Both the position numbers and the translations under genes were made by a program. Positions 56,738-64,000 of a stretch of 64,000 bases of DNA are shown piece after piece. The notes beneath the pieces are model-generated. The model saw only the letters and a program-made list of their open reading frames with translations. It did no database searches and had not been told where the DNA came from. This DNA comes from Promethearchaeia archaeon (lineage in GTDB: Archaea > Asgardarchaeota > Lokiarchaeia > Sigyniarchaeales > SOKP01): positions 64,001 to 128,000 of the forward strand of contig JAHQWJ010000014.1 of assembly GCA_029856125.1 (NCBI GenBank), given 5' to 3'. Numbering within the stretch: position 1 is the first letter of the stretch; each line of letters starts with the position of its first letter.

Positions 56738-59700
56738 TTATTTATTTGATGGTATTATAATCTGCTTGTCTATCAGCGTTTCTATTGCGTCTATTATGAG
56801 ATCTTGATTTTTTTCGTGTACCACATCAAAAATAGTCTCCAGGTGAAATTCCTGTTTATTCTTAGCGATCGAATAAATAACATTTAATATTCGAGTTTCC
56901 ATAGAATTTAATTCACTTTCTTTTCTTATACTGGCAATATACTTGGCATCGTTGATTTTAAATGCGTCTTTATAATATAACTCTACATATTTTGTTATAA
57001 CAGGAGGTAATTGTGATTCAAATTCATGAATAGCACCGTCCCAGTTTTCAATTAGCTGCGAAAGATCGAGCATGATTCCTAGAGACAAATCCGAGATTAA
57101 TTTCTTCAATCGATCTGAAGCTTTTTCATTGAGTAAAAAAATCATTCGTAAATCTTGTCGGTCACAGATTAAGCAATAAAAGTATTTAAAATCCAATTCT
57201 AAGATCGTTCTACTACCATCCGAGTCACCAGAGTTAGTCAAGTCTTTGTCGATTTCTCTTTTACCAACCATTTCTTCTCCAACAGTAATAATAGCTTGGA
57301 TGAAGCCTGAAAAAAGTTCTTTTTTATGCTTCTCCAAAATGGAATAGCTTTTTGAATAAAGGGGAATTCCACTGTATCTATGAATTGCTACAATAGCTTG
57401 AATGTTCTGAATGTCCTTGAATCTTTGGGTTTTTGATAATAAATCAGCTTCTTTTCTCCTTCTTCGTGGTAAAATTACGTAAGATCTCAAGCTTAAAATT
57501 CCTAAAACACTTATAATCGCAGCTGAAATTAAGACTATAATCCATATTATGAACATAGGAAATTCTGGTTCACCAATTACTAATAGAAATGAGGATTGCG
57601 TTGTTTTATATACAGTACCTTCTTTCGAAATTATCAAGTTAAATATGAAATTTCCTTGTAGATTCTCTGGAAGTTTTGTTGATAATTGGTATATACCTGG
57701 TGTAATTTCTACTAACTCACCGACCCCATATGTCCATTCATACAATACCGTTGCATTTATTATGGATTGATTAGTTTCAAAATCTAAAAGCTCGATTTGA
57801 AGATTAAGAGTGCTTCCTATATCTGTTTTAACCGTTGGATTTGCGTCCTCATGATCAAGTATATCAACATCAAATTCAATCCGGTTTAGCAGTAATTCAA
57901 ATCCAAATGTTTCTGTTCTATAGTTTGGATGTTGAAATTTTAAATATACAAAATTGATTCCAGATGAGAAATTATCTGGTAAGCATTGCATAGAAGAATT
58001 GTACCAATAATCTGCTATTACGCTAAAATTTGATTCGTACGATTCGCTAACCCACGTAATATTTCCTCCTAAGATATAGGTATCATCAATATTCGACTTA
58101 ACTTTAGTAGAAACGTTGATAAAATCAAAAAAAGTGACTTCCAAAAGGGAGTTCTCTATAATATTTATTGAGTTGAGATATACTGAAATTGAAACTGACT
58201 GTTTTATTATTTGAAATTGGTAGTTGTAGTATTGTGGTTCGTATCCAATTGTTGAAAACGTAAAATTTAATTGATGGACGCCAATTTGTTCGATGTACGA
58301 CGTACTAAACTCAATATCATAGGTTCCATTTCCGGTATTCGCTATGGAATAGAGTGACGAATTACTGATGCTGATGTTTACAACAGCTCCATCAATGCCA
58401 TCACCACTAAAATCTGTAAATTTAAACTTAATTGAGCTATTTGCATGTAATTCTATATTATATTCAGATTCGAGCCTTTGCAAGTTAGTTTCTTCGCCTA
58501 AATTTATTTTCAGCGTAATATTACTTTCTATAAATCCTAGTTTTGATGAGCTTATTAGAATCTCGTATAAACCCCTTGAAGATAAATCAGCGGTATCGAG
58601 AATAGTTTCATAAACGCCAATAGCTGCTTCAGTAAAGTTAAGAGTTGATCCACCCGTCCAATTATAGGAAACAATCGCATCTGAAATGGATAAGTTATTT
58701 TCTAGATCAGTTAAAATAACTCTTACAGGAATGATATCTCCCACAAAACCATCCGTTTGTAAACCTGATTTAGCATCGTCAGGTTTTAACAATTCAATTT
58801 GGCTCTGATGGTATACAATAAAATTAGATTTAATACCACCTAACGCCGTTCCATTACTCCAGAATAAATTATATTCAAATTGACCACCTGTAGTATTTAA
58901 AGCAGAGAATGTAAGTTCTGAAAAGAAAACAGTTCCATTTGATAAGGGTGAATTCACTTCTGAATACCATTGATTTCCTTCGGGATCAAATATTGTTAAG
59001 TTTACTTCTGTAGACTCAATATTACTAGGAATCTCACTACTATAATTTATTTGAGTTTTAATTCGCGTTGATTCACCTGTATCAAAACTAGTGTGAGTCC
59101 AGCTACCTTGTTTCAACATTTTAGTATTTGTTAAATCAATGTAATTAGGGGAAGTTGCCTTAAAAGTCCACCAGCCAGGAAACAGTGCATTCTCCTTGCT
59201 AATATGCAAAATTGAATCTCCTTCTCCTCCATTTTCATATGGACGAGATTGCAACGTAGGATCCAGAACTGAAATAAAGTTCCAATTTTCAGGTTTATGA
59301 ATGGTGAATTCAAAGTCTGAATAGTGCGCTGGCATATATAAATTGTGAGAAAACTCCCAGATTATAGTCCCATTTTCTAAAATTTCGTATGAAACGCCAT
59401 CTAGAGTGGTTTGTCCTACTCGTGATTTGGTTTCATGATATCCATAGAGAGAAGTATCAAGATCAAATGATAAGGAGGGTGAATTTGTAGTAACTGTTAA
59501 ATTTAATGGATTTAAATCCCAATTACCTGTTAAATTTAAATAAGAATTAGCCCAACCCGTTCCCTGATTAAGAGCATAATTATTCAATCTAAGATTGATT
59601 TCACTTTGGCTTGAATTTGCAAGAGTAGTTAAAACCAATGAAACATTATCAAACCAAAAAACTTGCTGATATTGGTCTTCAAATCCAGAATAGCCAATAG

Positions 59701-60901
59701 ATGCTCCACTCATTATACCAACTGAAAAATTAAATACATTATTATTTTTTATATTTTCAAAGATATTCGATGTATTCGTCCATAAGTCCATATTAATTAA
59801 TCCTGTATTGTGCCATGCTTCTTTTCCAGCATCATTAATATCCCGCAATCCTTTTGAATATACTCTTTTATTATTTATTTTAAAAAAGATAAAATTTTCA
59901 TTAGAACCCATTACAGATTCTGCATAATAATCAAATGAAATGTAACCATCAACTACTTGACCACGAGGAATTGATATATTCTGATATATTTCAGTAAAAT
60001 CATCTTCTAGATAATTTACATCACTAGGATCATTATCATTCCAATATGGTAGTCCACTTAATCTAGTAAACATAGCATCACTACCACCTATTTGACCCGC
60101 ACCATAATCTGTTTGAGCTATAGACCCATTATTAAAACCCCATGAATGATAATTTATATCGTAAGATGAACTTGAATTAATAAATTCATAATAATCAATA
60201 TAATATCCATAACTCTCTACAGTGTCGTCTGATACATAGTAGCAATTCAATTCCTCACCCCTTATCCAAGGTGTATATAAATCTGAATATCCAGTACCAC
60301 TATGTCCATATTGGATTACATCATTATCATCCTCAATTAAAAAGACATCCCATCCATCTTCAAAAGACAAATTAACAAAATGAGCTCTCATAGCAATAGC
60401 CCCAGTATGCGTTATTGTATCAAGGCTATCAGATTTATCATAATTCTTCTTATAAGAATGATCACTTTCATGGATTTCATAAACTCTATAAGTAGAAGCT
60501 ATTGGAAGAAAATCACTGTTATTCACCCATTCCTTAGTATCTTGGATGTTCGTTATCTCAGTAGCTACTTTTGAAACTTCCCAGTCGTGAACATCATCTA
60601 AATAATAGGTTAGATTTACTGCTTCTTGATTATTTACATCAACTTGTTGTTCATCCTTATATAAATTGCCATAATCAGTTATATTTAAAGATATTTCATT
60701 ACCTTCAAATAAAACTGGAGGATTGTCAGCAAGTAAGGGTGTTTGGGAATAATTATTAAAGTCTCTGTCTATTTCTTTAATATTCTTGGAATTTGGAATG
60801 AAAAAACTACTTAAAAGAAATATTGCTAATATAGTAATAAGACCTGCTTTTCTTAGAATTGAACTTTTTTTTAAAAGTGATTTTTTAGAAAAATTTTTCA
60901 T
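56738..60901 (-). CDS. Large single-pass cell-surface protein: CUB-like and Ig-like ectodomain, TM, cytoplasmic longin-like + wHTH-like domains
   Basis: N-terminal signal; MRAHFVNLSFEDGWDVF..SDDTVESYGY (CUB-like); many NxS/T sequons; TM then RRRRK; IQAIVAIHRYSGIPLYSKSY..LFSGFIQAI (longin-like). Confidence 0.75.
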   Translation of the reverse strand: MKNFSKKSLLKKSSILRKAGLITILAIFLLSSFFIPNSKNIKEIDRDFNNYSQTPLLADNPPVLFEGNEISLNITDYGNLYKDEQQVDVNNQEAVNLTYYLDDVHDWEVSKVATEITNIQDTKEWVNNSDFLPIASTYRVYEIHESDHSYKKNYDKSDSLDTITHTGAIAMRAHFVNLSFEDGWDVFLIEDDNDVIQYGHSGTGYSDLYTPWIRGEELNCYYVSDDTVESYGYYIDYYEFINSSSSYDINYHSWGFNNGSIAQTDYGAGQIGGSDAMFTRLSGLPYWNDNDPSDVNYLEDDFTEIYQNISIPRGQVVDGYISFDYYAESVMGSNENFIFFKINNKRVYSKGLRDINDAGKEAWHNTGLINMDLWTNTSNIFENIKNNNVFNFSVGIMSGASIGYSGFEDQYQQVFWFDNVSLVLTTLANSSQSEINLRLNNYALNQGTGWANSYLNLTGNWDLNPLNLTVTTNSPSLSFDLDTSLYGYHETKSRVGQTTLDGVSYEILENGTIIWEFSHNLYMPAHYSDFEFTIHKPENWNFISVLDPTLQSRPYENGGEGDSILHISKENALFPGWWTFKATSPNYIDLTNTKMLKQGSWTHTSFDTGESTRIKTQINYSSEIPSNIESTEVNLTIFDPEGNQWYSEVNSPLSNGTVFFSELTFSALNTTGGQFEYNLFWSNGTALGGIKSNFIVYHQSQIELLKPDDAKSGLQTDGFVGDIIPVRVILTDLENNLSISDAIVSYNWTGGSTLNFTEAAIGVYETILDTADLSSRGLYEILISSSKLGFIESNITLKINLGEETNLQRLESEYNIELHANSSIKFKFTDFSGDGIDGAVVNISISNSSLYSIANTGNGTYDIEFSTSYIEQIGVHQLNFTFSTIGYEPQYYNYQFQIIKQSVSISVYLNSINIIENSLLEVTFFDFINVSTKVKSNIDDTYILGGNITWVSESYESNFSVIADYWYNSSMQCLPDNFSSGINFVYLKFQHPNYRTETFGFELLLNRIEFDVDILDHEDANPTVKTDIGSTLNLQIELLDFETNQSIINATVLYEWTYGVGELVEITPGIYQLSTKLPENLQGNFIFNLIISKEGTVYKTTQSSFLLVIGEPEFPMFIIWIIVLISAAIISVLGILSLRSYVILPRRRRKEADLLSKTQRFKDIQNIQAIVAIHRYSGIPLYSKSYSILEKHKKELFSGFIQAIITVGEEMVGKREIDKDLTNSGDSDGSRTILELDFKYFYCLICDRQDLRMIFLLNEKASDRLKKLISDLSLGIMLDLSQLIENWDGAIHEFESQLPPVITKYVELYYKDAFKINDAKYIASIRKESELNSMETRILNVIYSIAKNKQEFHLETIFDVVHEKNQDLIIDAIETLIDKQIIIPSNK

Positions 60902-61060
60902 ATTATCCCCATTATTGATAAAAATAATTATAAAATTTATAAAAACTAAAATTAATAAATTTAAGTTATAGTGAAATGAATTTCTATTCGAAATTTTACT
61001 CTTTGAGAATTTTTAAGTTTAAATTTTAGGAGTAGATCACTATTTTTGAAATTCTACTTG

Positions 61061-61384
61061 CTAATTAGGGAGCTCATCGATAAATTCTGTTTTGAGAACT
61101 GACATATAAGACCTTTTTTCTCCGTTGTCTAAGGAATTCACATTCGTACCTCTGCTGGTATAAATATCTGGAGGATGTTCGTCAAACAATGAAAGAATGA
61201 GTAATATTGCATTTTTTACAAACTCTTTTCTACTAGTCCTTTCTAGTACCTTCATCAATTCTATGAATGATTTATCTTTCCATAATTCAATAGTTTCTTT
61301 ATTTGCGTTCGGATTCTGGAAGAATTCTATGATATTCGAGTAATAATCCAATTCAGAGTTTTCACAGTTGTTTGAAGTATTCAT
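61061..61384 (-). CDS. Hypothetical protein
   Basis: 107-aa ORF; no motif. Confidence 0.55.
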   Translation of the reverse strand: MNTSNNCENSELDYYSNIIEFFQNPNANKETIELWKDKSFIELMKVLERTSRKEFVKNAILLILSLFDEHPPDIYTSRGTNVNSLDNGEKRSYMSVLKTEFIDELPN

Positions 61385-61634
61385 AAGTTTGACCGTTCCT
61401 ATAAAAATATTACAAAATTATTTGTTTTTAAACTAAACGAGAATCTTAGTTTTTTGTTATGACTATCCGTACGTTAATTCTCCAAAAATTTTTAATCCTT
61501 GAAAAAAAACACATCCATTACTAACAAATATGAATTTCTAAAAGGTTTTTAATTTCTTATGTACTACGCTGATATTACCTCACTTAAATGAGTAAAGAGA
61601 GTCGAAATAAAATTAGAAATGGAAAAGAATTAGC

Positions 61635-62633
61635 CTATAGATTTTCAATTTCTGAGGGAACATATCCAAAAGTGTTTAAGAATCGCTTTTTCACGCTTGC
61701 AATGTCATAAACTTGTGTTTGAGCACCACTAGTTTCTACAACAAAAGAGCCTACAGTTGAGCCTAAACGACAAGCATTTTTCAAACTCATATTTAGAATC
61801 AATCCAGATAGAAAACCCGCTCGATATCCATCTCCTGCACCTGTGGTGTCAATTACCTTGTTAGGATTCGAAATTGGAATTTCGATAGATTCTAGTTTTC
61901 CAGAAGGTGTTTTTGTAATAATTTCAGAACCTTCTGACCCCTTAGTTTTTACTATCGTACTGACATGTTCGAGTAAATCGTTTTCGGTCATCCCTGTCTT
62001 GCTCATAACTTGATTAATTTCGTAAGTATTTCCTATTAATATTTCTGATTTGGTTAATATGTTCAGCAAGTTATCTTTGGAAAATAAAGGAGTGATTTGT
62101 CCGGGGTCAAATATCATAGGGATTTTTAACTCGCTTAATTGATCGGCAAAATTCTTCATCGCATCGATGCCTTGGGTAGAATTTATTGCATAGGCATACT
62201 GTTCAGGATCATTAATTTTCTTTCGCAAATCTATATTTTTACCAGCATCTAACGCTCCTCCGTGAAAGATTATCATCTGATTTGATTTTTTATCGTTTAC
62301 AATGTAGCACGCTGCCGTAAACAGATCGGTTTGAATATCTACGTTCAAATCAATGTTGAGGAATTTTGTTATGTGATTTTTATACCCTAAACTTTCGAAG
62401 TCTTCACCAACAGAACCTAAGAGCGAGACGGGGGATAAATTTAATAATCCAAGATTATATGCGATGTTTCCCGCAGTTCCACCAAAATGTTGAATGCGAC
62501 TATTGGCAGTTACCGTGCTTTGATATTCTTTTTTCTCGTAATCAATAGACACAGCATTTACAAAGTTTTCGTCAAATCCCATGATATAATCAAAGGCAAG
62601 GGAACCCAATACAATAACTTTATTTCGTTTCAT
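61635..62633 (-). CDS. PfkB-family carbohydrate/nucleoside kinase
   Basis: GSLAFD, GGTAGNIAY, FDPGQ, TKGSEGS, DTTGAGDGYRAG. Confidence 0.92.
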   Translation of the reverse strand: MKRNKVIVLGSLAFDYIMGFDENFVNAVSIDYEKKEYQSTVTANSRIQHFGGTAGNIAYNLGLLNLSPVSLLGSVGEDFESLGYKNHITKFLNIDLNVDIQTDLFTAACYIVNDKKSNQMIIFHGGALDAGKNIDLRKKINDPEQYAYAINSTQGIDAMKNFADQLSELKIPMIFDPGQITPLFSKDNLLNILTKSEILIGNTYEINQVMSKTGMTENDLLEHVSTIVKTKGSEGSEIITKTPSGKLESIEIPISNPNKVIDTTGAGDGYRAGFLSGLILNMSLKNACRLGSTVGSFVVETSGAQTQVYDIASVKKRFLNTFGYVPSEIENL

Positions 62634-62770
62634 TTCAGTCTTAACCTATTATAAAGTGTAGTAAAGCGATAATATAGTACTTTTAAGCATTAAATTTAGA
62701 TTTTATGAAATAACTAACTTATTAAATTTAAGAGTTCTACTTTTAACTTATCAAATACTCTTTCTATTGT

Positions 62771-63397
62771 ATGAATAAACTCATAGCATCTATTGAATCA
62801 CTAAAAGACAATAATATTTCTAGTGTTATAACTGAGCGTATTAAGGAATTCTCTGAATTAGGAGAATTACCGATTGAAAAAATATTTGAAGAACTATGTT
62901 TTTGTATCCTAACTGCTAATTGTGCTGCAATAAGCTGTATTGAGGTTCAGAAAAGAATAAATATTGGATTTTTGAATTATTCTGAAGAAGAATTAAGAAA
63001 CAAATTCAAGGAATATGGTTATCGTTTTCCTAATATAAGAGCAAAGTACATAGTTGAGGCTAGGGAACATATTTTAGATATTAAAAAAAAAATTAATTCA
63101 AACATGGATGAAATGATGATAAGAGAATGGTTAGCTAAAACCATTAAGGGATTAGGGTACAAAGAGGCTAGCCATTTTTTACGAAATATAGGGTTCAAAA
63201 ATATTGCTATAATAGATTTTCACATAATAGATATTTTAGAAAAATTCCGAATTATCCAAAAACCAAAATCTCTATCCAAGAAGAAATATATTGAGATTGA
63301 ACAAGTTCTTAAAAAAATAGGAGATCGTGTTAATTTGGATTTAGATGAATTAGATTTGTACCTATGGTATATGGAAACTGAAAAAGTGTTAAAATAA
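62771..63397 (+). CDS. ogg: 8-oxoguanine DNA glycosylase/AP lyase (archaeal Ogg)
   Basis: FEELCFCILTAN, RFPNIRAKYI, IKGLGYKEASHFLRNIG, IIDFHI, ELDLYLWY. Confidence 0.94.
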   Translation: MNKLIASIESLKDNNISSVITERIKEFSELGELPIEKIFEELCFCILTANCAAISCIEVQKRINIGFLNYSEEELRNKFKEYGYRFPNIRAKYIVEAREHILDIKKKINSNMDEMMIREWLAKTIKGLGYKEASHFLRNIGFKNIAIIDFHIIDILEKFRIIQKPKSLSKKKYIEIEQVLKKIGDRVNLDLDELDLYLWYMETEKVLK

Positions 63398-63411
63398 AAG
63401 ATCGACTACTG

Positions 63412-63678
63412 TTACAAATTATCCAATGGTAAATCTAAATCTACTTCAGCAGATTTTAATTTTTTCATGAATTCAACTGTTCCGACTTCATTTACCATTA
63501 ATTCTAATAAGTTTCCGTAGAGATTTTCAATGTTATCTTGCCCTATTTTAAGGTATATGTCTTCAGAGGGGAGCGTAATCTTTAAGACTTCGTAAAGACC
63601 TCGGATACAGTCTTTAATATTCTCAAAATTCATTAGTGCCTTTTTCGTTGATTCGTAAACAATATCGGTTTTTTCCAT
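63412..63678 (-). CDS. Hypothetical protein
   Basis: 88-aa ORF; GGTG SD-like upstream. Confidence 0.55.
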   Translation of the reverse strand: MEKTDIVYESTKKALMNFENIKDCIRGLYEVLKITLPSEDIYLKIGQDNIENLYGNLLELMVNEVGTVEFMKKLKSAEVDLDLPLDNL

Positions 63679-64000
63679 TTTTAATTATTACACCGTAAAC
63701 GTGTTTTCCGTTGTACTAAATGAAAAATTTAAGGTTTAAATAATAGTTGGTATTTGGACAATTGCGTGACTAAAGAACAAAATAAAAAAATCCAATATCA
63801 CCTATATTATGTTTTAGGGCGGGCTAGTTCTCGTTTATAAATTATTAGGGTGATCTTTATACATTAATATAATTAGTTATAGAAAGCTAGTTTCAATCCA
63901 AAATTAATGATATTACATTTTATCTTTTTGTCAGAGCAAAATTCTTGCCTTAATTTCTAATAACTTAGATATAAATATTTTTAATTTTTTTATAAATTAG

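Noticed and set aside
1-64000. tRNA/rRNA genes, CRISPR arrays, transposases, integrases
   Set aside because: No extended GC-rich structural RNA segment, repeat-spacer array or mobility gene was recognised by eye; tRNAscan-SE and Infernal would be needed to exclude them formally.

Overview
AT-rich archaeal chromosomal window. Gene content points to an Asgard archaeon of the Lokiarchaeia/Promethearchaeia type (inference): fused longin/small-GTPase/roadblock genes, a gelsolin-like gene, an archaeosortase, eL13, UPF0147 and archaeal Ogg. No rRNA, tRNA, CRISPR array or intact mobile element was recognised. Main points: (1) A vhuG-vhuA-vhuU-hdrC-hdrB hydrogenase/heterodisulfide reductase operon. 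It contains a 50-aa selenoprotein (VhuU, in-frame UGA at 4147-4149, motif RCFDC-U-LSCAAH) missed by the ORF track, followed by a SECIS-like hairpin that overlaps its own UGA stop. The operon is divergent from a yedF/yedE (TusA/YeeE) S/Se-transfer pair. (2) A bacillithiol-like thiol cluster (bshB1 + bshC) with a GT2 glycosyltransferase where the GT4 BshA would be expected. (3) A dense set of longin/roadblock/small-GTPase fusions, plus a 1387-aa single-pass receptor-like protein with a cytoplasmic longin+wHTH tail and a soluble counterpart. (4) Three genes that appear to need near-cognate start codons (ATA, CTG, ATT). (5) An unannotated 51-aa hyper-acidic micro-protein and two gene remnants. All family calls come from motif recognition by eye; no searches were run.
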